Positions 47,791 to 59,802 of a stretch of DNA of 64,000 bases are shown here, piece by piece. Position 1 is the first letter of the stretch; every line of letters starts with the position of its first letter. Made by a program: the position numbers and the translations under genes. The DNA is from Carcharhinus amblyrhynchos (lineage: Eukaryota). The stretch spans positions 60,264,001 to 60,328,000 of the forward strand of contig OZ336880.1 in NCBI GenBank assembly GCA_965287045.1. Reading direction: 5' to 3'. The notes beneath the pieces were generated by a model. It worked only from the letters and a program-made list of their open reading frames with translations, was not told the DNA's origin and searched no databases.

Positions 47791-50194
47791 CCACCATTAG
47801 TAGCTGTACCTTCAGTTGCCAAGGTATTCAGCTTTGGACTTTCCTCTCTATCCATATTTCTTCCTTTAAGAAGCCTCTTAAAGCTATTTTGACAAAGCTA
47901 TTAGTTACTTACCTTCAGCACTCTTTATATATCAAATTTTGTTCTCTAACACTCCTCTGAGTGTATTAAAGGCTCTATCAAAATACAGGTTTTTTAATGG
48001 GATAAGAAGCCACCCTAGCAGTGGCTAATTTCCAGTACCAGAGAGGCTGATTGACCATAATAATAGATATTACTTTGTAACCAGGGCAATTATACGAGAA
48101 TGGAAAAGATAACTTTCTGTGGCAGTTTATTTTATGTCTACTATGCAAGTGATACAATTTCATGCCACTCAGAACATGTCAGGAATGCAGTGGATAACCA
48201 CTTGCCTGTTTTGCAGAGCAGAACAACACAGACAGCAATGTCTGGATTTTTGAATTTAACCACACACTTGTATCTCACCTGCAGTTGCCATCACCATTAG
48301 TTTGACCAGAGAATCATGCCGATTATCTCCATAGGCACTCAAGGTCAAATGTTGTTTGGTTATGTTCCTGCAAAGTGCCTTAAAACTTCTTACAGTATTA
48401 AAGACACTATAAAAATGTAATGCCTTATTGCAGCATTGGTAGGACAATTGAAGGCACACAAACAATAATATATTCAGGCACTGGTATACCTGGGCTTGTG
48501 ACTAGTTTTAAACCCTTAGCTTGATGAAACATATTCAGGCAGGATACAGGTTGCAAATCGGTCTTGGGCAAATATGAAATGTTTTGACCTGTTGGATATG
48601 TGGATAGCCTGTGTCATTTGGAGTTACCTATTTCGCTGAAGAACAAGCCTAGAGTGATTAATCGTTTTAAAATGATGCAATATAGTTATTTGAAATGAAA
48701 AGGATGGTAGGACTGGAGTCCGTGCCTATAGGTAGCAGATGGTATAACTTGTCAAAGAGTCATCATTCCTGGAGGAAATGCAAGTAACACGTGTTTAAAA
48801 AGGAAATTGACAAGTTTCTGAGAGAGTGTGTACAGTTACCGGAAGTTAATTGTATAGATGATGATGTGTCTCTACAGAAATTTCACAGAGAATGCCTTGA
48901 ATAGGCCACTGTTCTGGAGACAGCATTACTAGGAAATGCGGTTATACAGTCTACTTGATGGACCTGTTGGTCTATCCTTGTCTTTTTTGTATATTTCCAC
49001 ATGCAGAATGGGGATAGTCTCTGGTTGTGCCCTGATACATAGCTGAGAGGATTCACCCAGGCAGAAGCTGAACTTGGAATAATTACCATTCTGAAATCTC
49101 ACATTTGGAGAATTCTTCTCTTCCTTTTTCTGCTATGACCTGTGCATGAATCAGCAAACACACAGTTAGTTAGTCTTCCCGCCACATTTATTTCCAGATG
49201 ATAACCATCACACATCTAAATCTTTGGAATAGCTCGAAACATACAGATAGTCGGATACAGAAAAGCATTCTATTTCATCCAGCCTGGCACCCACATTTGT
49301 GGTGACGTCTGCATTACAATATATAGACAGCCCACTTTACCAAGCAGTAAGATTGAAATAAACATTTAGTTCAATTTGCAGAATAAATTAGCTGGTGAAC
49401 TCTGCATAGGTGATCAAAACTTGTCCAGGATATTAGTCTTGCTCTGATAGAGCTATGCATTAGAAGGAGATCACTTTATCCTTCCACTCTGCAAGCATCA
49501 TGATGCAGGACTTCTGAACCTGATCCCCATTGATCTCCAGCTTAGCTCTGCACCACGTGCTACCCGAGAACTCACTGATGAATTGAAACCAGTAGCTGAG
49601 TTGACCAGAGTTCCCTCTTTGTGTAATTAGATCTTGAACAATTTTATTTGATAAAGTGCCCACAATTATATTTGAAGCTGATCCCATCCCTTTAATTCAT
49701 TGGGAGCTGATCTAATGCATTTAAAAAAAAATTCTAATTCATGGGATTGTTAGTGAGGCCTTAGTGGCAGTGGGCATCAGTGGGATGGCCAGCGTATATT
49801 CATCATCCCTAATTGCCCTTGGAAGCTTGGTGGTGAACTGTCTTTGTGAACTGTTAGGATCCATTTTGTGTCGGTATACCTATAGTACTGTTAGTGGTGT
49901 AAGGAAGCAAGTTCTAGGATTTTCACTCAGTGACAGCAATGCATGTTTCCAAGTGAGGATAGAGTGTGACTTAGAGAGGAACTTGCTGCCCTTGTTCCTC
50001 CAAGTGTTAGAGGTCACAGAATTGGAAGGTGCTGTTGAAGGAGACATAAACACATTGATGGTGCATACTGCAGCTACTATGTATCAATGGTAGAGGGAGG
50101 GAACAGTTAAGGTGATGGTTAGACATAAATCAAGCAGGCTGCTTTGTTGTGATCCAATGTGTGGTGGTGTGGTATGGTTGACTTACATGTCCTG

Positions 50195-50660
50195 GTGGAA
50201 CTTCAGGTTGGTGAGGGAGATCTGGAACATGGGGGGTGGAGAATCTTTGGAACTTGAGGAGCAGTGTAGTAGTGGGAGTACTTTCCTGAAATTAGGGTTG
50301 GGGTGGGGGGGAGGGGCAGAAATGCCTGGAATTGAAGTTGGGGAGAAGACCTGGAATGGGGGTGGGAGAGTGGTAGGCTTGGGATTTATGGGGAAGGCAG
50401 GGGGTGGCCTGGAACTTGAGTCTATAGGGGAGAAGGCATGGAACTTGGAAAGGGAGCAAGGTCAGGAACCTGGGTAGTGGGGAAGGGGTGACCAGGAAAC
50501 TTGGAATAGTTTGATTGAAGAAGAAGTCCTGAAAATAGTAGGGATAGGAGGAAGGAAAAAGGCTAGGAATTCAGGGGATGTTGGAAAAGACAGCCAGGAA
50601 CTCAGGAAGAGAGAGGGAGAAGATAAATCAGGAACAGGGGTTTGGAGGGTGGGGGATCAT
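50195..50660 (+). repeat. Purine-rich degenerate minisatellite (CCTGGAACTTG core with G tracts)
   Basis: Recurrent ggaactt / ggaat motif about every 25-30 nt. Confidence 0.7.
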
Positions 50661-51334
50661 ATTTGTGGTGGGGACACGCATCGGAGAAGGAGGCAAAATG
50701 GCAAGAGGTCTATAGACATAACAGGATACAATTTTGAAAAGTGCCCAGGAAGTGAGTGATCTGAAGGTGGCAGGATAAATAAGGATGGTTGTAAAACGGA
50801 TTACTGAATCCTCAGCTTTTGTAATAGAAACATAGAGCACAATAGCAAGGAAGTTATAGTAACCCTCAGCTGGAGTACAGTGGCTTACTCTGGGCCCCAC
50901 ATTTTAGGAAGCATGTCAAGGCTTTAGAGAGGGTACAAAGGAAATTTAGTAGGATGGTCACAATATTGAAAGATTTCAGTTAAGTGAATAAAAGCTGAGG
51001 GCTTTCTTCTAAAAAAAAGAGAGCATATTTTGTATTCCTGCCAACGTGCGTTATGTTGCATTTATATGCTATTTGTCAGATTTTTCAATTCCAATGTTGT
51101 GTTGGCCAGTCCACTATCTCCCACCCTCAATGAATGAGCTCGTCCAAACTTGGCCACATGCCAAATTCCATTCACCCATCAGATCATGCTTGCTGAACTA
51201 CACTGGCTTTATGTTCAGTCACATCTCAGTTTTAAAGTTCTCCTCCTCATCCTTCCATCGCTCACCCTCCTTCCTGAAAGCAGGAATTTGATGGCTTCAC
51301 GTGATCTGAACTCAGTACGGTGAGTGTTCATAAA

Positions 51335-51657
51335 ATCATAGAATTCCTATAGTGCAGAAGGAGGCCATTTAGCCCATCAAATCTATGCCGACCACAATCC
51401 CACCCAGACCCTATCCCCATAACCCCAAATATTTACCCTGCTAATCCCTCAGACACTAGGGTTAATTTAGCGTGGCCAATCAACCTAACCCGCACATCTT
51501 TGGACTGTTGGAGGAAACCGGAGCACCTGGAGGAAACCCATGCAGACACGAGGAGAATGTGCAAACTCCACACAGAAAGTGACCTGAGGCTGGAATTGAA
51601 CCCAGGTCCCTGGCGCTGTGAAGCAGCAGTGCTAACCACTGTGCCACCATGCCACCC
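51335..51657 (-). mobile_element. Full-length HE1 SINE
   Basis: atcatagaattcctatagtgcagaaggaggcc...ggcgctgtgaagcagcagtgctaaccactgtgccaccatgccaccc. Confidence 0.93.
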
Positions 51658-52762
51658 CAGTGTTCCGTTTATTCCAAACTGAGCAATACACGCCTCTGAA
51701 AGCAATAGTGTTAACACTGTGAGTTTTGGACTTTGGCTGACAATGACTGGATTACAGAAACATTCAATGACACTGCAGGACGCAAGATTGAGTGATATAT
51801 TCCAGACAAATTGTTCGTGTATCTTGCCCTCTGAAGGCAGCAATCAGAAATCTAATCCAGCCCACGTGTGGTGCAAATAAACATTGACAACATTTTGTTT
51901 GGCTCGTCTTTGCTGTGCAAATACAACAATTTCACGCCATTCAATGCATTTCAATGGTGAGGCAGACAGCAAGGTGCCTTTTCTTTTGTAGTTAATGACA
52001 GAGTGGATTTTTGAGCTTAACACACATTATCACTTCACCTGAAATTGTTGTAGCATTTTCACATAGAAATTGGAGAGCACTGTTACTTTGACACCATTCT
52101 CTATTATAACACAAAGGGAAAATGCATTCTAAAAAGTGGTAAACAGCAGAGAACATAGAATATATTACTTCCACTTCTCCCTCATGATCTTCTCAATTCC
52201 ACACATTTCAGTCCGAGGTTGCCATGACATTGCCAAAACCCACCCCAGAACAGCAGTGTTGATAATGCAGCCGGAAAATCCATTTTTACACTCCCAGCTG
52301 TGGAGTACACTCTTCTGGCTAGGATTCCAGTTATTTTTGAAATTTGCTGTTTTGATGGGATCCCTGTACTTTCTATCTCCACATAAAAAGCTGCAACATC
52401 ATTTGAAGATGTACCACTTTTCTGCTGAATAACGTTTGATATTTGGAGTAATAAGCAGGATTGAGTCATGGTGAACAACTTATGGAAACAAAAGACCTTT
52501 CATTTTCATTTCAAGATCATGGACAAAGAAAGGGTTCTTTAGAATTCCATAATCAATTTGACTCATCTTCTATAAGGCCTTGATTAGAACTCATCTCTTA
52601 ATCCTTCTAACATTTCCCTCAGTCTCGGTGCCTGTTTATTTGATGATACATCTGTGAAGCACATTGGGATGTTTCTTTGATGCTAGAGGTGCTAGATTAA
52701 TGTAAGTTGTTATTGCTGCTGTTGAAGAAGAATTTCTTAATTGGCTGATTTATCTTTTTCAG

Positions 52763-52893
52763 CATCCGGATGAAAAGAGATTGGAGGGGCTTTCCAAACA
52801 ACTGGATTGGGATGTCCGCACCATTCAGCGTTGGTTTCGGCAGCGAAGGAACCAGGAGAAGCCCAGCACCCTTACCAAATTCTGTGAGAGCAT
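52763..52893 (+). CDS. CERS6: Ceramide synthase 6, internal coding exon (exon 3 equivalent, homeodomain-like), 131 nt, phase 0 to phase 2
   Basis: Acceptor tatctttttcag| then [43 protein letters not shown] + AT|gtacgg. In frame with the previous exon. [14 protein letters not shown] and QEKPS fit CERS6 better than CERS5. Confidence 0.96.
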
Positions 52894-53094
52894 GTACGGA
52901 TTTAATCTGTTGTGTTTTACTTAGGTAGAATTGAAGAGAGTTTATAATATGGCAGCATGAGAAGTAGGCTTCAGTTGCTGTGATTAAGCCTGCTTTAAGT
53001 GTTGGAAGTGGTCCCACACATTGCCAGCGTAGTTTTGATATTATTGTCGGGATATAAAGGGCAGGATCTTGAACCCACTCAATCCATCCAGACA

Positions 53095-53810
53095 TGAACC
53101 TGTCATGGGGATTGTTCCAGGGGTATAAAAGTGAGTTTAGCCGCCAGAGGAGAGGGGCATGACTAGGCAGTGTCCTGTCAATGCCCCTGTCATTGTCCCC
53201 TTGGCACAGGTAGGCACCAAGACAACCTGGCAGCATCAATGTGGCAGTGGCAACCTGTGCCGAGGGGCAGTGCTAGGGTGCCTCATGGGGTGGGGGTGAC
53301 TTATTTATATGTGGTGGTGGCTGGGAGCGGACATGGGAGATGAGGAAGTTGGAGATAGCCTTTTGGGTTGGGGAGGGAGGAGTGGGGGGGGTTGGCGGTG
53401 GGGGGCGGCGAGGGGAGGCAGGGGAACTACTGTGTGCTAACAGGATTGTGGGAAGTGTGGGCAAGGGGTCTGATGTTTGGGGAGAAGGGGGGATGCTGGC
53501 ACTGACGGGTGGGGTGGGGGAGAGAGGTGCCAATTCTGATCACTGCTGGGGGGATTTCCTGAGACTTCCATGGTGGGTTGGGGGAGGAGGATGATTCATA
53601 TTCTGATCGGGGCACCCTTTAAAGTGCTTTAAAGTAAACTTCATGGTGCCCTGGGATTGTGGGTGTGTTTAGATCCCTCTTTCCTGCATGATGTGGTGAA
53701 ACTTGCCCAGCTGTTTTCTTTGACAAAGTGTGATATGATTCAGAGAGAAAACTGACCCACATGCTGTTTTTCTCACTAGAGCCAACACTCTGCCAAATTC
53801 TGGTATTGTA
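53095..53810 (-). mobile_element. G-rich non-autonomous element related to 19485-20300
   Basis: Shared GGCA/TGCC repeat block and tttctcactag terminus, in the opposite orientation. Confidence 0.5.
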
Positions 53811-54047
53811 TAAAAAGCAAAGGAGTACTCATGTTTCTCTGAATGCAGTGACGATCAAACCGACTTGACTTGAATTGTCAATGCAATAAACTAATGAAAT
53901 CGGTTATAATTGCTTGGTAGTACTAAACTTAAGTATCCTTGATGAAAGAGACATTCTGTCAAAGCTTTTTGTCTTATACTCATCAGAACTGATGTAAGAG
54001 TGCCAGCTTTCAAATGAAACAAAGGTTTATACTGCATGCGTGGGAAA

Positions 54048-54985
54048 ATAGAGCATTGAACATTACAGCACAGTACAGGCTCTTCGGCCCTTGATGTTGC
54101 GCCGACCAGTGGAACAAATCTAATGACCCTCTAACCTAAACTAATCCAATGTTATCCATATGCCTATCCACTGACAATTTGAATGCCCTTAAAGTTGGCG
54201 AGTCCACAACTGCTGCAGGCAGGGCATTCCACGCCCTTACTATCCACTGAGTAAAAAACCTACCTCTGATATCTGTCCTATAATTACAACCTGTCAATTT
54301 AAAGCTATGTCCCCTCGTGTTAGCCATCACCATCCGAGGGAAAAGACTCTCACTGTCCACCCTATCCAATCCTTTGATCATCTTGTATGCCTCAATTAGG
54401 TCACCTCTTAACATTCTCTCTAACGAAAATAACCTCAAGTCCCTCAGCCTTTCCTGATCAGACCTTCCCGCCATACCAGGCAACATCCTGGTAAACCTCC
54501 TCTGCACCCTTTCCAATGCTCCACATCTTTCTTATAATGCGGCGACCAGAACTGTACGCGATACTCCAAGTGCTGCCGCACCAGAGTTTTGTACAGCTGC
54601 AACATGACCCCACAGCTCTGAAATTCAGTCCCTCTACCAATAAAAGCTAACACACCGTACACCTTCTTAACAACCTTATCAATCTGGGTGCCAACTTTCA
54701 GGGATCTATGCACATGTACATCCTCACTGTCTACAACTCCTCTGACTTTGGTGTCATCAGCAAATTTACTAACCCATCCTTCTACACCCTCATCTAGGTC
54801 ATTTATAAAAATGACAAACAGCAGTGGCCCCAAAACAGATCCCTGAGGTACACCACTTGTTACTGAACTCCAGGTTGAATATTTCCCATCAACTACCACC
54901 CTCTGTCTTCTATCAGCTAGCCAATTCCTGATCCATACTGCTAAATCATCCTCAATCCCATGCATCTGCACTTTCTGCAGTAGCC
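54048..54985 (-). mobile_element. CR1 LINE with internal deletion
   Basis: [40 protein letters not shown] joined directly to VHVHRSLKV. Confidence 0.93.
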
Positions 54986-55287
54986 AGGTACTGATTGGTA
55001 CTGAAAGGGTACTGATTGGGGGGCATATCAACATGATTGATTGAGGTGTTGCTATGAATAAACACCAGGGAAATATTGTGCCCCATGTTTCTGCTTATTC
55101 AAAGTAAGTGCAATATCTGGACATATTCTTTTTGCCTGTAGAGGACAGGTCCCTGTCTATGTTTGTACATAGCTTCTAGGGAGCCACATTGTGAGCCTAA
55201 TTGATAATCTTAAATTGGTTGTTAATGAAATTCTTAGCATACTTGGATTTTTCAGCAAGTGCTGCTCAGTTGCAGAATTACAATTAT

Positions 55288-55585
55288 CGGTAGCACAGTG
55301 GTTACCACTTGCTGCCTCACGGCTCCAGGGACCTTGGCTGAATTCCGGACTTGGTGAACTGTCTGTGTGGAGTTTGCACGTTCTTCCCATGTCTGTCTGG
55401 TTTTCTCCCACAGTTTAAAGATGTACGGGTCAGTTGCCCGTGATAAATTTACCCTTGGTGTCTGGGGGTTAGCAGGGTAACTAAGTGGGTTATGGGGATA
55501 GGGCCTGGGTGAGATTGTAGTTGGTGCAGACTCAATGGGCCGAATGGCCTTTTTCTTCACTGTAGGAATTCTATGATTCTATGAT
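55288..55585 (+). mobile_element. Full-length HE1 SINE
   Basis: ggtagcacagtggttaccacttgctgcctcacggctccagggacc...gtaggaattctatgattctatga. Confidence 0.9.
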
Positions 55586-55609
55586 ATTCTACATCTAACG
55601 TTAGCCATT

Positions 55610-55745
55610 GGCCAGAATTCTCCAGCCATTCATGCCCTGCCGCCACTTCCAGCAGGAACGGAGAATTTGGCACTCAGCCATATCTCCGTACGCTGCAGTG
55701 GGACTGGAGAATCCCAGCTGCAGGCGAGGTTGGAGAATCCGGCCC
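55610..55745. mobile_element. 136-bp MITE, PIF/Harbinger type
   Basis: TIRs GGCCAGAATTCTCCA / TGGAGAATCCGGCCC; perfect 3-bp TSD ATT at 55607-55609 and 55746-55748. Confidence 0.88.
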
Positions 55746-55959
55746 ATTATGTTCTGAGCTTTGCAAGCAGAGGTTGGCTTAGTGTGGTCAGTACTAAAAC
55801 AGTTGAAGGTACATGTTGTTTGATTTAATCACCAATTGTTGGACCATAGGAACTGACATTTCATTGCACCCTATCTTATCTATGACAGGTTGCAAACAGC
55901 ATGAATTGGCCAATTGGCTAAACAAGTTGCTACAAGTAGTGAGATCTTGCTTCAGTTGT

Positions 55960-56490
55960 ATTGGAGCTTGGTCAAATCGCATCTGGATTATTGTGTGGCC
56001 TTACTTTAGAAAGGATATTGCTGTCTTTGAGGGTGTGTAACAAAGGTTTACCAGAAGTGATCCCAAGATGGCAGAACTGCCTTATGAAGAGAAGTTTGAC
56101 AAACTGGGCCTGGATTCTTCAGAGTTTTGAAGAATGAGAAGTGATTAGTCATTGAAACCTACAAAATACTTAAAGTTTAGACAGGGTAAATGCAGATAAA
56201 ATACTTCCCTTGGTTGAAATTCCCTTGAATTTCAAAATAAGGGGCTATCATTTAGGATGGAGATGAGGAGAAATTTCTTTACACAGATGGTTGATGTATC
56301 TTTGGAATTCGTTACCCCACAGGGCTGCGGAAGCTCTGACATTGCACATGTTTAAAGCAGAGATCGATGGATTTCTGACTAACAATAACGTAAAGGGTTA
56401 TGGGGATGGTGAGTATTAAAGAAATTGAAGTTTTGAATCAACTATGACTGTATGGCAGATCAGGTTCAACAGGCTGAATGGCCCTGTTTG
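55960..56490 (+). mobile_element. CR1 3' fragment
   Basis: WPYFRKDIAVFEGV; gagatgaggagaaatttctttacacag; ends caggctgaatggccc. Confidence 0.85.
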
Positions 56491-56777
56491 CTGAACAATC
56501 TTGAGTTGCTAGGCATCACACTAACAACCAATTTAAGATTACCAGGTCGGGGCACTTGCTAGAATCATAATGTGTATATAGGAACCTATGCAGGCAAAAG
56601 AAATATGGCCACAAATTGCACCTTTCTGAATATATTAAAGCATGCGGGCAACAGCTCACCAGTGTACTTGCCATGACAAAGTCACAACGGATCAGAGCTG
56701 ACTAGCCAACCGATCAACACCCCTTTTGTCACGTGTTTTCAATTGCTGCTTCCTTTGAGGATTGGTATTCTTGCAGC

Positions 56778-56811
56778 TATCCTGATGAGTACAAGATGAA
56801 AAGCTTTGACA
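56778..56811 (+). ncRNA. Minimal hammerhead ribozyme motif of the second Penelope family
   Basis: TATC-CTGATGA-GT acaag AT-GAAA-AGCT-TT-GACA; an inverted, mutated copy lies at 53957-53990. Confidence 0.65.
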
Positions 56812-57024
56812 GCATATGTTTTTTTTAGGAGCAGGTCATCTTATGCGGATCAGTATTTGTATAATCACCATGAAGCAAATAGCAGTCTGTGTGGATTCAG
56901 AAAGGGAAGATTGTACTGACCAACCCCTTTGGTTTTATCATAGAAATTGTATTCTGATCACTACAACCCTCCAATTCAATCCTTCTTCCCCAAAAAAAGC
57001 TTTTGAAAAGCACAAAAGGTAATT

Positions 57025-57370
57025 GTTTAAAAGGCAATGGGGGGAGGAAGGGGGTGGGGGGTAGAGGGGAAGCGATGCAAGTTTGTGGGGCTGGCCAGCT
57101 ATCGGGAGGCCAGTAGTCAGTTCTACTGCACATGCGCCGATTTCCGTTCTAACAGATCGGCGCGTGCGCAGTGGCCCGCTCCGTGCTATGCTGATAGCCT
57201 CTCTAATGGGAATAGGCCACACCCCATGATTTTCAGGTGAACCTCCCTAAGGCAGTCTGCAGTGCTCAGAGTGTAGGAGACACATTTTGAAAATTTTGCT
57301 TAAAAAGTGGGAATTATGCCAGTTTTTACACGAATTCAGCACTTAGAATTATTTTGGGAGAATCCCAGTC
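57025..57370 (-). mobile_element. Terminal fragment of the long Harbinger-type family
   Basis: Ends cagcacttagaattattttgggagaatcccagtc, the reverse complement of the TIR plus ATTCTAAGTG motif. Confidence 0.65.
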
Positions 57371-57537
57371 AATAACTTATACTTAAAAGGTGGGCTAGAA
57401 CTTTGAAATAGATGAGTAATTAATTAAAGGACAGTAAGTAGTAGGGATTTGTCACTGTTGGGCTGGGAGAGAAGTGCTAAATGAGATGTTTGACGGATGA
57501 ATGTTAAGGCCTGTACTATTTTCTTATTTATAATAAT

Positions 57538-57657
57538 GGCCAGGATTCTCTGGACCCATCATGGTGGGACTGCAGCAGGAAATTCAGCAGTCTCACCTCA
57601 AGTCCACTGACTTTGACTGTGTTCGGACAACCCCAGCTGGGCCAGAAAATCCCGAGC
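57538..57657. mobile_element. 120-bp MITE, PIF/Harbinger type
   Basis: GGCCAGGATTCTCTGG / CCAGAAAATCCCGAGC; perfect TSD AAT at 57535-57537 and 57658-57660. Confidence 0.8.
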
Positions 57658-57699
57658 AATGACTTGGATTCAGAAACTTAATGCAAGCTGAGCAAATTT

Positions 57700-58045
57700 C
57701 ATAGATTTCATGGAACCCTACAGTGCAGAAAGAGGCTCTTCGGCCCATCGAGTCTGCACCGACCACAATCCCACCCAGGCCCTACCACCATATCCCTACA
57801 CATTTTACCCACACATCCCTCTAACCTAAGCATCCTAGTACACTAAGGGGCAATTTTAGCATGGCCAATCAACCTAACCCACAAATCTTTGGACTGTGGG
57901 AGGAAACCAGAGCACCCGGAGGAACCCCACACAGACACGAGGAGAATGTGCAAACTCCACACAGACAGTGACCCGAGTTGGGAATCGAACCCAGATCCCT
58001 GGAGCTGTGAAGCAGCAGTGCTAACCACTGTGCTACTGTGTTACC
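57700..58045 (-). mobile_element. Full-length HE1 SINE
   Basis: catggaaccctacagtgcagaaagaggc...ggagctgtgaagcagcagtgctaaccactgtgc. Confidence 0.93.
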
Positions 58046-58130
58046 CTTGATCACCTACAATGCAAACTAACAGGGATCCCTGACTCTGTGGACAAATCTC
58101 AGAAACTATAAAATGAATTGGATAAAGAAT

Positions 58131-58297
58131 AGTTAAAAAGTTTCACAAAAGATTAAAGTCCAACATGTTTATTTGGAATCCCTCACTTGATGAAGGAGCA
58201 GTGCTCCAAAAGCTTGTGATTCCAAATAAACCTGTTGGATTTTAACCTGGTGTTCTGAGACTGCCCACCCCAGTCCAACACCAGCATCTCCACATCA
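58131..58297. mobile_element. Penelope-like short inverted-pLTR insertion
   Basis: Arms ttaaagtccaacatgtttatttggaatc / gattccaaataaacctgttggattttaa; 12-bp TSD TGGATAAAG(A/T)AT at 58119-58130 and 58298-58309. Confidence 0.85.
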
Positions 58298-58309
58298 TGG
58301 ATAAAGTAT

Positions 58310-58960
58310 GTCAGTTGATAGTCCAATAGTAGATGAAATTTAATGTGGATAACTGTGAAGCAGAGTGCTTTGGAAGAAGGAAAGGAGTCACAGTTAGTAA
58401 ATTGGGAACCAGTAAATGAGTAGTTACCTGAAAGGTATGAAGTTCTTGCAGATGTTCAAGGTGTATAATTGTTGCAGGAAAAGGACCAACAAAGTAAATA
58501 AATTTGTTGAATTATATAACCAAAAAAAGTATACACACCAGCAGAAGTTATGTTCAAGCCCTGCAGTATTCTGTTGAGCTGAATTGAATTCTTGTTTAAA
58601 GTCAGTGAAACCCCAATGGTAGGGCAGGGATAAAAAACACCAGACAAATCAATACTGTCAGAGCGTTGAGAAATGAGGAAAGACTAGAAAACAAATTGAC
58701 CTCTAAGTGTTGAAAGAAGGCAGCTGAGATGACTTTATAAAGACATACAATGCTAAATTGTGTAAAAGCGGTGGATCTGGAAGACTACTTCAGAGTACAT
58801 TTCATGGATCACAAAAAGACAGGGACCTGAGTAGTCCCAGATCTGCACTATTGAGTTGGGGCTCCTGATCACCAGTGCTCTGTAGCATTTGGAGGAGGGC
58901 TGTTTGGAGTATAAACACTAGCAGACTCTAGTTGGGCAAATAGCTTGTTACTGTTCTGTA
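58310..58960 (+). mobile_element. Highly decayed CR1 fragment
   Basis: tagatgaaatttaatgtggataactgtgaag (QMKFNVDKCE-like); ttgaaagaaggcagctgag; CR1-like 3' UTR. Confidence 0.6.
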
Positions 58961-59802
58961 CACTCAGTGTAATTAATCTCACCATATTTGTTAGCCTTTT
59001 TGTAATACGGGAGGACAGTCCAAGCAGTGAGTGCAGTATTTAAAAGCCAAGTTTGAATGAAGATTTCAGCAGAGGTCGGACAGAGTAGCAGGTACATAGG
59101 TAAGTCCTTGGCTGAACAAATTGACTGTTCTGAAGGTGCGCTGGTAGTCTTCAGAAAAAGATTGTTAAAGGACATTGCAAAATGTTACAGATAAGGAGTA
59201 CAAGGTTCAAAAAGACTTTCAAAACATCCAGAATGAAATTTACCAAATAGTTTCTACAGAAGACATAAAAAAAAACCACATGGAATAAGATGACACAACT
59301 TTCATTGACAGAGCAGTGCCCCAGTGTTCATTGAATCAGCAATAGCAACGTAAACACACTAGCCACTTTCTCTTTTCTTTCCTGATCAACGTTACCTTCC
59401 ATATTTAGAATCACACAACATTCTATTAAAGAATTGTAATAACTTGGGAGCTTACAGGGTTCTGCACCACCTACCCGAAGAGCAATTTCTTTCATACAAA
59501 TGTTTAAAGCATTGTTCCCTCTTTAACATGATAGGAATGTAAAAGCAGGAATAGCCCATCAAGCCTGCTGTGCCATTCAATATAATCATGCATCTTTTCC
59601 CACACTATTCCCATAGCCCTTAATGTCATTGGAATTTAGAAACCCATCAGTCTCTATTTAAACATACTGAATGATTGAGCCACCACAGCCCTCTGGGGGA
59701 GAGAATATCAAAGATTCACGACTCTCTAATGTTCTAATCATCTCAGTCCTAATTAGTTATCCTCTTATTTTGAAATTGTGTCTCCTGGCTCTAGACTCCC
59801 CA

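Larger units (their letters stand above)
29598..52762 (+). other. CERS6: CERS6 intron (23,165 nt), GC-AG type
   Basis: Begins gcaagt and ends tttttcag; joining the flanking exons gives the continuous ...AITK|HPDEK... sequence. Confidence 0.88.
53945..56820. mobile_element. Old Penelope-like element with inverted pseudo-LTRs and an RT remnant, carrying four nested insertions
   Basis: pLTR on - strand at about 53945-54047 and on + strand at about 56690-56820; SLHPILSMTGCKQHELANWLNKLLQ (55861-55935) matches the PLE RT motif PLRPIxS...LAKWL. Confidence 0.7.

Noticed and set aside
52697-53239. 180-aa antisense ORF over exon 3
   Set aside because: No recognisable domain; it begins in a repeat and is best explained as a shadow of the CERS6 exon.
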